Shown: positions 37,921 to 51,552 of the stretch, in pieces
Position numbering within the stretch: the first letter of the stretch is position 1
Layout of the letters: each line of letters starts with the position of its first letter
Source of the DNA: Tubulanus polymorphus
Lineage: Eukaryota > Animalia > Nemertea
Assembly: GCF_964204645.1 (NCBI RefSeq)
Contig: NC_134027.1
Location: 14,168,485-14,232,484 of the forward strand
DNA length: 64,000 nt
Reading direction: 5' to 3'
Position numbers and translations under genes: made by a program
Notes under the pieces: model-generated
Told to the model about the DNA's origin: nothing
What the model saw: the letters and a program-made list of their open reading frames with translations, nothing else
Database searches by the model: none

Positions 37921-38648
37921 GTAAATGCATTGTTTTAACCATTTGAGTATTTGAGTCTTATGGTGCACAGGTTACTAAGTAGGCTCGATTACCTGATCTA
38001 TATATCTTATACAGGTTTTAATCCTTTACGAAAATGCGGTATTGGGTGCCCTGTCGCTAGTAACATGTTTGTACCCATGAAAAACAAGTGAAGAAGCTGC
38101 TATGCAGTGTTTTATGATGCCCATAGGGGCATTTCATATAAGTGAAACTAATGACTCATTATTGACTATCTGGGATGGGGCATTTAGTTTATCATTTCTA
38201 TATCATTTCATAATGAGAATGTATTACGTAATATATTATCATAAGTCTACTATTCATAGACTTTGTATATACCACTGGATATATACAGATCAATCACTCT
38301 TCGCTTTTTAAAGCGAACACCGGACAAATAATTTTTCTATCATTTCCTTCAAAAATTGAACAAAATGCCCATGGACCTTAAATATGGGTAGATTTTACTG
38401 TGGCACAGCGTCATTGAGAGGTAAGTGTTATACATCTGCCGGCAAATGTACAGACAGTAGTCGGTAGGACCAGACTTGCGGTTAAGGCTTCAGCGAAAAC
38501 GCATTGCCATCGCATATGAAACTTTCTTCCTTTGGTACAAAATTACTTCCAAACATGGTTTAGTTTCTGTTTGGAACTTTCAAAACATTCAATGGAGTAA
38601 TGATAACTCTAACCCTATTGAATTTCATCACAATGTGTTGCTTGTTTT

Positions 38649-38760
38649 ATTAGGTTTCTGCTGCCTTCGCAGAAACCCTATTGTATTCCTGCTGATTATT
38701 GTTAGGGTTTTCTGACTTTCGTCGAAAACCCTCTTGTAATTCTGTTGATTATTTCCATTA
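38649..38760 (+). mobile_element. Two stacked HINE 5' hairpin heads
   Basis: taggtttctgc..gcagaaacccta and tagggttttc..gaaaaccct, the same architecture as at 11167, 33021 and 63817. Confidence 0.6.
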
Positions 38761-38999
38761 TTTACATATTTTCCACTTTCTTCATCACACAAATTTCATC
38801 TTCTCTTGGAAAAAAACGTATCTGGACTAGCAATTGATTCACGAAAAAACGTATTCGGACTTAATAGGGAAATAGGGAATTTCGTCTGAAATGTTTTTCC
38901 TCGATAGTTGAAATTATAGGCGATAAGGGCTAAAATGCTGCGCTGTTTTATGTTAAGCAAAACCTTTGAAAATGGCATTCATGCTGTGCTGTCATATCT

Positions 39000-39490
39000 A
39001 AGGGCACCTATTCTGAAATAGGGGCACCTATAATGCCCGAGAAATTTATAATAAAAAGGGCACATCTTAAAAGCGTATATACGATGAAAATTGAGAAACG
39101 GGCATGAATTCTGAAATAGGGGCACCTATAATGCCCGAGAAATTGATAAAAAGGGCACATCTTATGGAGTATAGACGATGAAAATTGTGAGAAGGGCATG
39201 AATTCTGAAATTGGGGCACCTATCATGCCCGAGAAATTAATGAAAAGGGCACATCTTATAGCGTATATACAATGAAAACTGTGAAAAAGGCATATTCTGT
39301 TATATCTTTTTTGGAAGGAATAAGGGCACGTGCAATGTCAGAAAAGTTGATAAAAAGGGCATATTTTATAGCGTATATATACGATGAAAACTGTGAAAAA
39401 GGCATATTCTGTTATATCTTTTCTGGAATAAGGGCACGTGCAATGTCAGAAAAGTTGATAAAAAGGGCACATTTTCTAGCTTATGTACGA
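39000..39490. repeat. ~95-120-bp tandem subterminal repeats of a DNA transposon remnant
   Basis: aaaagggcacat.tt.tagcgtatatacgatgaaaa repeated about 5 times. Confidence 0.75.
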
Positions 39491-41197
39491 TAAAAACTTT
39501 CAGTTTAAACATACCTGTATAAGATGTGTATTCTATGTTGTAAATCAAGTATATAGGCAACGCAACCCCCTGGGTACGGGCCTGAATGAGAAATAAGCTT
39601 GTGAAACTGAAGATTTTCATTGACAATCGTATTCATTGAGGATACATCTTTTCATGAGATGCTTGTTAAAAATTTGTACCTACGTAGTTAATGACCTTAA
39701 GACTTTATTTTGTAAGAAATGCTGTAGTTTAACTTAGTTTTTAAAATTTGCTCGCTTGCAGGGGTTTGATTGCCTCCTACGGAAGCTCACACCAACACAA
39801 ACCCTGCCGCAGACCTTGAGGCTGTATTACTCCAGTCTAAGTAATTGATTAATGTAATTAATATCATTAAGAAATAACAATATTTAAATGTTCAATATGT
39901 AAGACACTATCAAAGATGAATATTTTGGTTTCAAGCGGATCTGAATAACGTATTTCGATCGTGTCTACCGGAAATGGTGCGCCAGATTTCTGAAATGTAA
40001 AACACTTGCACTTATTTGCATATTCGTATCATTGATAAATGATATTTTAATGATATTCAAAAATGATTTTGGAAACAAAACAATTACACTAAGATGTCTT
40101 GAAAATACATGTTTATTTCATCTCGGTAATTTTCAATTTTCATCTCGGTAATCTCAAGGATAAAAAGTGAAAAAAAAAATTTATTAAATGTTATTAAATT
40201 GTTATAGATATCATAAAATTTGAAGATATATATATATATATATAGACCAAAAGACGTATATATACTTTATTGATTATATTAAAAAATATTTTATTCATTT
40301 TCACTGAAAATAGGTGCTATTTCAACCCATCTCGGTAAATCTCGGTCGATCTCGGTTGATCTTGGTAAATAAGCTGATCTCGGTAATTAGTGGGACCCGA
40401 TTTCCTGGGTAGGAAGGTTGCCACTAGAGCCGGAATCGGATGTTTAGTATTGATAGAGCGAACCTGCCAGCGAAAAACAACGCATCTGATGTGATTGGCT
40501 TAATACATTGACCGGTGGCTGCTCAGCGGTAAACTATCCACTAAAGAAAACTTTGGAAGTGTAATGATTGACTAATGAAGGGTCTGCGGCCAGGCTTTGT
40601 ATTGCATTGAATTCAAATCATGGAGAAAACAATTAGATCGAAAGTGAGGACGGAAAATATCAAGAAAAAAGACCAAAACGAGATAATTACATACTTGGCT
40701 CTGAGAGTGGAAATCGATCATCCTGTGAAGAAGCAGGCGACGGTGTTCTTGAGGACTTGGACTCCGAGTATAAGTCCGAGCAAATGGACAATTCTTAGCA
40801 ATTTTCACAGGAGGCGGTGGCGACTTAAAGGATGATTCTGTGTGATTAGCCTTTCTGTCCTTTGGTAGTGACTTAGGTCTGTTAAACGATGACGATGAAG
40901 TTGGCTTGGTCAGACGGGCATGAAGGAAGATGATCTATTCAATTTGGGTAATTTCGGTGGAGGCGGCAGTAATAAAACGCCGAAATGTACAATCGAAATT
41001 TTTACAACAAAACCTAGTAAATGTGTCCTGTAAAACCAAGCGGATTTTGTTACATATGACAGTGCCAAATATTATATTCATCTCTAGCACTTATCAAAGG
41101 TGACTTGAGAAATGAGCAGATTTTAATCAGAGAACCATGCACTTTTTAATCTAGATATACTCACAACTATCCTGATACTCCAAATCAGTTTCCGTAT

Positions 41198-43575
41198 TAG
41201 TCCAGTTGCAGGGGGACTGTTTTCGGCACAAGCGAGAAATGGGGTCTGCACAAAATGTTTTTGCATTTTTGGGTCACTGAGACTATCAGATTGAAGAATC
41301 CTGCTGATGCCACTCTGGTACCCATGAGCATTTTTGTACAGCGGCCCCTATATCTAGACATGATATCGCCATTATCTTTATTTCTTCTATATCCCAGAAA
41401 TGAAGAAACCTAGAACAAAAAACAATATGTCTAGCCTAGGGTTTTCATGGTAGCTTATCTCAATGGACTCGTTTAAAACTTTCTTAATATGCAAATTAGG
41501 CCAACTTTATGCAAATTAGCCACCCCATTACTGAAAATCTTGTTTTCTCCAATATTAAGCGAACAAAGACTCATAGGGCATCGGGAAATGGGTATAACCC
41601 AGGGTTTTCATGGTCGCTAATCTCAATGGACTCATTTGAAATTTTCTTGATATGCAAATTACCCGCCGCCATTACTGAAAATCTTGTTTTCTCCAATATC
41701 AAGCGATCAAAATCTCAAAGGGCATCCGGAAATGGGTTTTCATGGTCACTGATCATAATGGGCTCATTTGGAAATTTCTAAATAAGCAAATTACAACACC
41801 CTGAGAAGATGTTACGAATATGTATGAATACTAACCCCGATTCCATTAAATCATTTTGAGATTTAGATTTTATCATTTAGAATTTAAAAACTTTAATCAT
41901 AAACTTTATAGATTTAACAATATAAAACAATAACTATCGCTTTAAGCTGACAGGTTTCTAAATTGTACATGTACAATTACCATATGTTAGATCTTTAAAC
42001 TGGCAAGTTTCGAAATAAATGTTTGTTATAAGATTATAAAAAAACGGTCACATAAGTAACTAAAAGTTTGTACTGTTGGCCTATTAAGGTAAAATTAAGC
42101 AGTATAACAATAATACAGGTCTAATAAAGAGAATCATAATCACTAATGAAAGTATTAAGTGAATCTGTTTCCATAAAATATACATAATAATAAAACATCC
42201 GCAATTTAAAAAACAACTTACACGTAGGTTTTAACCTTTAAACCTTTTAAAACAACATTTCAACTTATTTTACCAATTTATCATTAAGTATAAATGTATC
42301 ATTTCAGCATTGGGATAGGAATCTGACCCGACTCACCAGATACATTATCAGTACTGACATCTTCAATAAATGTCCGGGATGCAGTTGTTTGATCATTTCT
42401 GCATTTATCTTCAGCACGACAAGCACAAAAAACAGTGCATGATATTTTAGCAGCCGTGCAACTACACTGTGACGAGTAGCATGGTTTATCTGACGAACAT
42501 GCACAACGAATAATCTGTAAAACCTCTGGTGGTGCTAGTGCAATATTTGGTAATAACATAACTGGTATCAGTTCTTTGGATATTTCGTTACGCACCCAAC
42601 CGAAGTTTATAGGATCTAGTGATGGCGGAGATGCATCGGTAGCTGCTTTCCATATCGCTGATTGCAAGTGTGCACGGAGAACATTCTGTTTGAAGGATTC
42701 AGAAGTTGGTGGCAGACTCCGAAGCTCGGGGGCCCTGGTAATCTTGGTCGTGCCATTTTTCTCAGCCACACTTCATTATGGGCATCCAACATTTCATCAA
42801 CCTCCTTGATACCATAACATGCTGCTATATATTTTGTCATCATGGAAAGGAATTCTCAAATCCCCAAGTGACGAGAGGGGATATCCTGAAGCCAGTACTT
42901 AGTATGCAGTTACCTTTCCAATGCTAAAAAGCTGTGCTACAGTATCGCATCCAGTGATAGCATGCATCCCAAGCAAATGCTACACGATATCCTTGTGTTT
43001 TCTCACGGACGCTCCAATGTCGATCAGTGTTCTGCTTCCTGTTCGGTTTGTTGATTCCATTGTCAATGAACAGTCTACACCTTGTTTTGCATAATGGTAC
43101 ATAAGCAATACCAAAACATCAGTGTCATCACAAATGATATTGATTCTAGTTCCTCTGGATTTAGCTACCACCACCATTTGTTGTACTATGATGACGTCAG
43201 CTTCCTCTTGTGTTATTGTTAGATCCTGACGACAGATTTTTGTTCCATGGTGGATCTCTACTGGTGTTGGGTCTTGGCCTGTTAAAACTAGTCTATTTAT
43301 ACCCGTAGTTTTCTGGTAAACCTCAATGAGATTCTGGCATATCAAATCAATTAACTGTTTTTTATTGTCAGACACTGTCAGGACAACCTTCTGTGGTGGT
43401 AGCGGAGTGTTGAGATTTAACTTATGCACCCTCGTAGCAAGCTGTCCTCCTCTTGATATTCGTGTTCCACTTTTTATGCTGAAATCGGCGTACCTGTCAA
43501 ATACTAGGTATACATCACATGATTCCACTTTTGATAAGATGTAACTTGTAAAGCCGTTTACATAGTCTTGTCCTG
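41198..43575 (-). mobile_element. Academ transposon 3' half (XPG-like domain plus Cys8 zinc finger), 5'-truncated and frameshifted
   Basis: VFDRY..SIKSGTR, NKKQLI, EEAD, DDTDVLVLL, HAITGCDTV, LPPT..RAHLQ..W, GW, CACSSDKPC..CSC..CTVFCAC. TAGTCC terminus at 41198 with atgcaaatta subterminal repeats at 41440-41790. Confidence 0.85.
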
Positions 43576-45594
43576 TATGACGTAGTCATGAAGGTTATAA
43601 GATGGTAGTGAGTCGATGATGTCATTTTCGTGTCGCCACTTATAACTTGTTGGTGGGAGTTCAGAGGATGATTTGTCAAACGAATAAATACTTCAATCTT
43701 ATTAATGCAGAGTGTAAAATTTCGCTTTTTTAAGACATTTCCCTAAATTATTAGAAAATGCCAATAATAAGACTGTGGGAAAGTTTTTATCGTTGAATGG
43801 GCGAAGCACGGCGGCAGAGTGCACCTGTGATAAGGCGGAAATAGTTCCATGTGAAGGCGAAGCTTTTAAATGATTAGACAGTCGGAGGTGGTTTATCAAC
43901 TTTTTTCAACTATAGTGCTGCTATTTTCCCAAACAACTTGCTAGATTTCGATCATTTCTCATAAGTCAACACTTGCAATTCAAGGGTGATTTTGATGTGT
44001 GTAGAGATACATCGTGACTAGCGTATTGAATGGCGGCGCCATGTTTAAGCTGCGCGTCGTATGTCGATCGATGAATAGTGGAATTGTAGGGTGGAATTAT
44101 CTTGATTGTATCCATACGAACCTTATTAAAGGTTAGTGTCAACAAATGGTCCATTACAGTCCATCTAATTTATGTGGAGAGACGCTCTTAATCGGCAAAA
44201 CCATGGTCTGTTTCGTGTTATTGTTGGCCTTCGTGACTGACCTTGCTTGAGCGTTCTTTAAAGAAAGGTACCTAGCGTCTGACATTCTCCTGAAAAATTC
44301 CAGATTGATCCACCGCATAGTTTTTTCATAGTGAGCATTTTAGTATATGAATCAATTGAGATGATTGACAGACGCGGGTGCGGTCGTATCAGCTGTTGAA
44401 GACGTTCGATGTAAACAATAATTTTAACCACGTGCGCGATGAAAACAGGGACATCAAACTAAGAAGCACTTTTAAATTACATGTGATTTGAATAGGCATC
44501 TGTGCTGGTTTTCCCAAAAGTCGAAGCTTAATTGACTCCTATTACATAGGCCTAAGCCAGGACCTCTGGAATTGAATTGAATTCGACACAGTAATTTGCC
44601 TGTAATTTGCGATGAATCTTTTTGAAAATTAGCATGAAGATTGGGTCTGGCGAGATGTCCGCTCATATTGTAAAAAATGTCATTGGTGATCAAATATGGC
44701 TGCCATTGGGGTGGCCATGTTGTTTGCACGATGCAGCCCACAATTCTTGATGGATTTCCACAAAATTTGGTGTGAGGATCAGGGTCGAGCTGTCCAGGCC
44801 TTCAAATATGGCCGCCAGATCAGCCATCTTGAATTTCTAGCAGGAAACGGCCTGCAATTCTTAATGCATTTTCAAGATACTAGGTGTATGAATTTTGTTA
44901 GGTGAAATGTCTACCCCCTTGTGTTCACCAGGGTTGCCATCCATCTTGGATTTATTTTTTTCAGCACGATCTTTGGGGCAGCTAAAATGGGCTTGTCTGT
45001 TTATGTAAGGATATATTAACAGAAAATGAACATTATAGCCACATAGCCTATACCTCTTAACTATTTTAAAACTTGTTACATCGTTTCAATGTAAATCATT
45101 AAGTAAAACTTTGAATACTGAATCGTTCTTCTTCTACTGCGCCATGAAGGCTGTGGGCCTCTTGTTGTCACTCACGTTACATGTATTCAACTCTTGCCCT
45201 AGTTTGTTTTGCTTTTTTAATCCTCTTAGTTTGCTTCTGTCCTAATTACTTACATTTGTGGTGGACTTCATTTTGTGTCGGTTTGTCATTGTCGGGAAAT
45301 CTTTTGAAAAAATTGTCACTTGAAATCCTGTTTGCCCGAAAAATCGCACTAAGTAGAGGTAAAATAAAATCCACGCCCCCGCAACAGAAGTCTTTGATAG
45401 TACGAGGTACCGGGTCTAAATAACCTTGCGCAACTGATCATTACTATCGGCTGCGCTAAGTACCGGGTCTAATTACCTCGCGCAACTGATGATGAAAATA
45501 TCCTAGCTGCGCCAATAACAACTCGCGCAACTGATTATTACGCGTTCGCGTAACTGGTTCGCGCAGATCGTCAGTTTCTGACCTTTACATACCT

Positions 45595-46015
45595 GTGCTA
45601 TGCCATAAGAACCCATCCAAGTCGTAGGCCGCGGGCGGGAGACTTGGTATCCGCCTCCGTCCGTCCGTCCGCATGAGCTTGTGAACGCGATTCAAGATGA
45701 ACCGTTGATCGCAGGACTATGATATTACGTAGTATGATTACCCCTAGGGAGAGGATGTGCCCTATTGATTTTGGGGTCCAAGGATCAAAGGTCAAGGTCA
45801 CTACAGGTCATTCATGTAAAACCTTGTGAACGTGATTCAAGAAGAACCGTCGATTGCAGGACCATGATATTACGTAGTATGATTACCCCTAGGGAGAGGA
45901 TATGCCCTATTGATTTTGGGGTCCAAGGACCATAGGTCAAGGTCACTACAGGTCATTCATGTGAAAGCTTATGAACGTCATTCAAGACGAACCGTTGATA
46001 GCAGGACCACAAGGT
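45595..46015 (+). mobile_element. HINE-like element carrying a 145-bp satellite unit (~2.3 copies)
   Basis: ccaagtc..gacttgg stem and (ccgt)n, then units starting at 45681, 45826 and 45971 that contain ggtcaaggtca. Confidence 0.7.
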
Positions 46016-47029
46016 TGGTAGACGTCTTTTGCCTAAAACCCTGTAAACTCAATTCTTAAATAACCATTCATGGCAGGAAAATGATATTTCATAGTATGGT
46101 TATCCCTCGATACACTCATCATTTTTCTATACCAAAGGTCAGTGTCTTCAGGGGTCATTAATTCCCTACTGGCTATCGCGGGGGACAGATACGTAGTATC
46201 AAATTGCCTTGTTGACCATTTAACTCCATATAAAAAACCATGAGTAACTGTCAATTCCAGTATTCATTATTGGAAGACAAAATTAACCTAGCTCATAAAC
46301 CACCATACTCTATACTGCAAAAATCCTTACGTGTACATTGCTGCTGCTCGTGCCGGAAGAACTCAAGAATTTAAAGGTTTTGTACCCTCAAAATTGAATT
46401 TTGGAATTAGAGGGTTTTTGAGAGATTGAAGGGGATGTAGGAACCCTGAAAATTCTGATAGAACTTACCCGTTGCATTTTCCTTTATATGTAGGTTGAAT
46501 TCCACAATTACAAAATTGAGCTTAATAAGACTACCTCATCTTGGTAATCATGTTACCTTGTCGGATACCGCTCTAAAGCCCACCGCACAAATTTCGATGT
46601 ATTAAATTAGGCAGCCAAAAAATAACCCCAATCAGTCGCTTGCCCGTTCAGACCGGATGGAAGATTGTTTGAATGAACCAGAACCGAATTTCCCAATTAT
46701 GTACTTCAATTAAAACAAAATATGATGTAAACTCGACTGCCGATCACAAAACGATAGCTGTACTTCGATTTCCGATTTCAAAATCGAACCCCCTGTTTCG
46801 CTCCCGGCAGGTGTGGTGGGTTTGTAAGGGACACTCAATCAAAAAATTCAAACGAAATTTACCAACCAAATAAACAACAGGGTCAATCCCTATTTTAAGA
46901 TTTAAAAAAAGCACACTAGGCGATTTTTAGTCGCCAATGGAAAGATTTTTAATCGTTGGCAATATTTATGAAATCGCCATCCATTGCCAATGACCGCGCA
47001 TTAGACAATTCTTATCACTGAATCATGGG

Positions 47030-47366
47030 CATCCTCGCTTGCCAGGGTCTGCCCGTTGAAGTTGACGCCAACACAAACCCTAGTTGCAAACCGTTTATTG
47101 GTCTATTACGATGCCCAAGATTTCTTGGCCGGACAGCGCCCACCAGTCTATATTTTTAACCAATCAGATGCGTGGTATTCATATAGAGCAAACCTGCCTG
47201 TCAAAACATTGCAGCTGTTCAGCTAGATATATAGACTGGTGGGCATTGAGCACCTGTCTGCCCTAAAAATTTTGGCCACCTAATAGACCAATGAAGGGTT
47301 CGCAGTCAGGGTTTATGTTTGCGTTAGCTTTAGCGGGCGGTAATCAAGCGATGGCAAGGGAGGATG
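47030..47366. mobile_element. Whole-length imperfect palindrome (foldback MITE-like)
   Basis: Nested symmetric pairs catcctcgcttgcca/tggcaagggaggatg, attggtctatta/taatagaccaat and gcccaccagtctatat/atatagactggtgggc. Confidence 0.7.
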
Positions 47367-48789
47367 AATCGCAGGCCGAGTGACATGATTAAAAAATGGC
47401 AGTGTTGCATTTTCGGCTGTGGGGGTCACCATTTTGTGAATGCACATGATTTCTATATTGTTTGTAATTGGATTCAAAGCGATGCGTCGCTAGTAGCCGC
47501 ACACAATAGGCAATTTGCTGCTGATCCTCGCTACGCAGACAACTCAAAAGTCGGAAAATCGGCTAACCCTAGCCGAAATTCCAAGGTCCGAATTAGGTTA
47601 AGTCGACTAAAATATGTTCCCAAAGTTTTAAACAATGCTTTTATCAATCTCTAAGTCAGTCTATTATGTACTAGTAGATCGATATTTCTGTCGTCGGACA
47701 CAACTCATTTTGTGTACAATAGTAGTCGGCTATAGAAAAGAGTATTGACCCCGTGTCAATCAGTTGTTTCAGTGCCGTACAGTGTTATATAACATATTTT
47801 GATTTTTTTCCGATTTATCAGCGTAGTCCTTATTTCTTGGATTTACATTCTAAGTTAACTCTATGAGTTTGATTTAGGTGAGAATTAAATCACTTTAAAA
47901 TTTCAAATTTCATCACGCATGGAATTCACCTTTTCTATTTTAAGGAGCCGTTTTCATTGTGACCTTGACTGGGACTGCAATGTGATAGGGGATCGGTATT
48001 CGCTTGAATTCTTCGCTGAAAATATCTTCATTAATTAATGTACACTTAGTTTATTTTTTTATATCATTGATTTAGGATGATCTCCCAAAGTCTTCGGATA
48101 AGGGCATGTGTTGTGTATGTATTTATGATGCATAAGGTACCCTCGAACAGCGAATGAATTTCCAGGCCATAGCCACCCTCTTGTGATTTCCTGTGTGTCC
48201 TGCTGCGAGTTGGGTCTAGATTGGTGAATAAATTGCGTATTATTAGAACTCAAACTTTCTCAAATGCCATTCATTTTGCTCAAAACTAACCCCTGACCTA
48301 TGAGCAATCATTTTGATCATTGAGATGATTGCTTTTAGATCCGATGAAGCTTGCACTGGATTTCAAATCGTGCTGATAGCCTTGACTCAGAGTTTGGGCT
48401 CAAGGAAGCTTTTTGGCTTTTGTGCAGTTCATTTAAACTGCAATTATGATTGTCATTAAAAATAGGATTTACTAAGCTCTTATTATGGGTAAAATGTTAT
48501 GTTAAAAAGAACACCATTCCAAAAATCACCTTTGGATTGAGTAGGATATGCCTTAAGCTGGGATGTAGCCACAGGTGTGACGTAGGTGCCTTTCCAGTTC
48601 AGCATTACTCAGAAACCTATCGCCCTGTTGGTGGTGAAACATCTGGATCCATCCATAGACCAAAGATAACCTTAGTGTCATTATATTATCTACAGAAAAA
48701 TTACTCAAATATGAGCTCTCATACCACCAGAACTCATCTCAAATTTTCTTGGTGAGGGCGTATAAACCCTCCTTCATGACATCATATAA

Positions 48790-49019
48790 GGCCATCCCAA
48801 AATAATCGTCTGTTTGCTGTAACCCGACCGACCAGACTTCAAAGGTACTGAGTGAAAACTTTTTTGGGGGGATTGATTGAAATAAATTTTATTTCTGATA
48901 TTTCCATATAAAAAAAGGTGATAAAATTTTGCAAAAAAAAATATTTCTACCTACCTAACGACTCATCCTGAAAACATGAGTCGGTGATACGCCAAACAGA
49001 CAATTATTTTGGGATCGCC
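48790..49019. mobile_element. MITE with TAA TSD (Harbinger/Zator-type)
   Basis: TAA|ggccatcccaaaataatcgtctgtttg ... caaacagacaattattttgggatcgcc|TAA. Confidence 0.8.
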
Positions 49020-49214
49020 TAATTATCACCCTAATTTCAAATTCAAAATTCCAATTTCATTACAAAATACAGATTTTACGAAATTTCTACTCCATTGATT
49101 TTTACAACAATCACTACATTCATACAGTTCGTTGGAAGGATGTTTAATGTGTGAAAAATAAGTGGCTCCAAAAAATGCCAGACTGGCCTACTGAACCACA
49201 TCTGCTGCAATTTC

Positions 49215-49406
49215 TTTTTTTTTCCTCGCCCCACTGAGTGCCCTGCCTGGCATTTTTAGTGGGTTCCATGTTTCTTTTTCCCAGTAAAGACACAAAGAAG
49301 AACCTTCGACCAAGAAACTCTGTCGCCACCAGGGTTAAACCCATAAACCCTGGATTGACATGACCTGTGACCAGCAGCTTAAACCACTCTGCCACAGTGC
49401 CTCCCC
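49215..49406 (-). mobile_element. tRNA-derived SINE (diverged copy of the 53459 family)
   Basis: Reverse complement shares aatccagggtttatgggtt.aaccctggtggcgacagagtttcttggtcgaaggttcttc with the copy at 53459-53653. Confidence 0.85.
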
Positions 49407-50063
49407 TGCATCTGCGGCAATACTGACTTAAATACGAATGTATGCAGCACAGTTTAAAACACCATTGTTCATTGCTTCAAGTTCAGATCACCATCAGTAC
49501 CGCATGATTCATTACGAAATGGTCTTACTTGATTCAAGGTGATCGACGGACCCATACTCCATGGTCAAGTCTCCTAGATCCCTTATGGTATATGGGTACT
49601 GGAGATCAAATATACATATTGTATACGGTAAACCACATATTTTTGGGCTACTATACATGAATATACATTTTATACAATACAATAACGTCTAATGACTCGA
49701 TAAAATGGAAAAGTTCTAATCATTGTTTCTACTGGTTTTCTGTGAGTATAAGATAAAGTAAGATGTAATTGAGTGGATTCAGTGCATAGACATGTAACTT
49801 TTTACGCGTTCTAGCATTTTGCCTAGTGTGAATGTACATGTACCAGTTATAATTGTTGAAACAAGTTCTTCATAAAAGACACCAACGTGAGATCTAAAAT
49901 GTATATCTATGTAAATATATGTATGGTGAGCTCATGTTTTCTGGATGATCACTGGAGTTATACTGATGAATCCTCTTCTCTTACGAATGAATCCTCTCCT
50001 GTTTTGCGGATGACCAAGAGATGTATCTCATCTCCGGGAATGAAAATCGGTACTGTACACAAT

Positions 50064-51552
50064 TGGGTAAGGTAAATGCTTTAGGAAATATAGGCGACGT
50101 TACAAGAGTCCTCCCGGGTCCACATAACTAAGGTGAGTATAGTTAGGAAGAGGTAGTTGTACCTCCACAGGAAAAAAAAGATAGTGCTCCCGCTGGCGTG
50201 ACAGCACATCCAACGCCATAGGAAACCAAGCCGACGAACGCTGCATCGTACATCGAAGGACCCCAGGGCCTTATCCGGTGATCCTCTACTGCCGAGGCCA
50301 CAAAACACCTGCTACACCACAATTCAGGGGTACTCGCACATATAAATAAGCCACAAACAACCAAAATAAACCTAAATGACCACGCGTTTAAAGGAAAATG
50401 AATAAATGTACACTTTATTTTAATTAGAAATACACTATACGTTACATCGGGCTAATCAACTATAACTGCTCTCTGACGTATATTCTTCCACCACCGGCGA
50501 CTCAGCTCTATCTATGTCGACACTAAACTGTGAGGCTCCCAGCTGCTCAACAGCGTACCAGTGAGAAAGAAGGGAATAACTCTTGACTTTATATACGCGA
50601 ACTTAATTATCCCACACCGAAACTTTCGTGAAGCAGGCGACTCAAGGTTCGTCGTACAAAACGTTACGGGAACTTATATTTATTTCACACTGTTAAACGA
50701 GGTTATCTCCCTCCACAAAATGTAACTTAAATACTACTACTATATGCGGGCATGCACACTACCTTGCGAGCGATACAACTAGCTCGCCTCGGGCCCCGAC
50801 ACATTAACATTGCACCTATAAACTTTATTTATAAGTGGATAAACTTTATTTATCCACTTATTCCTGCATCATAGGGCGTTAAAAATTAAACTACGACTAA
50901 GGGACACATATTTCCCTTGGAAACATATAGGGGACTTGTTTTACTATATACACAAAGGTACGGACGACTCAACTACGACACGTACATATTCATGGCCCTT
51001 CAACTAAGAACGCGCCCATACAGTGCCACAGCCCCGCAGGGGAGAGAAGGGCGCGCAGAAACCGGTCTCGGCAGGTGGCGCGCGCTTCAAACCCCGGATA
51101 AAACGCTTGTAGCAAACTATAACTTCAGATTTCTTCACCAACGTTCCAGCATACCTCAAAACTATTTGATATTCGCAGCTATCCACTCGGAAAATATCAT
51201 GAGATTCTAATTTAATTAAAAAAGGAAAACGCCGATTATCTGAAGCTTGACGAGGGAGGACATGGGAATGATTGACAGGGTGACGTCACATTCATAAACA
51301 ACTTGCACGTGGCATCCAGTTCGGCGCAACCTGATACTAAATGATACTATACTCCACAACTCAACGCTCCCCAAATCCGACCCGACGCATCAGGGGAATG
51401 GGTAAGAATGCCACAAATCACACGTCCACTAACTCGGTTTTCCTCATGACTCCGAAAAGAAAGGCAACTCAGAATATGCCCACGAGGCTCACGGTACAAC
51501 TAAATATCGACACAAACTGACGTGATACTGACGCCTGAAATTTTGTTACCCA
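50064..51552 (-). repeat. Gypsy 3' LTR (~1.49 kb)
   Basis: TGGGTAA...TTACCCA inverted termini; adjacent C-run at 51554-51566 is the PPT on -; TATA at ~50590 and AATAAA at ~50415 on -; 51278-51542 is repeated at 59693-59953. Confidence 0.8.

Noticed and set aside
37320-37938. Bacterial hutI / horizontal transfer
   Set aside because: The gene is split by a GT-AG intron and closely resembles animal AMDHD1; no hut operon.
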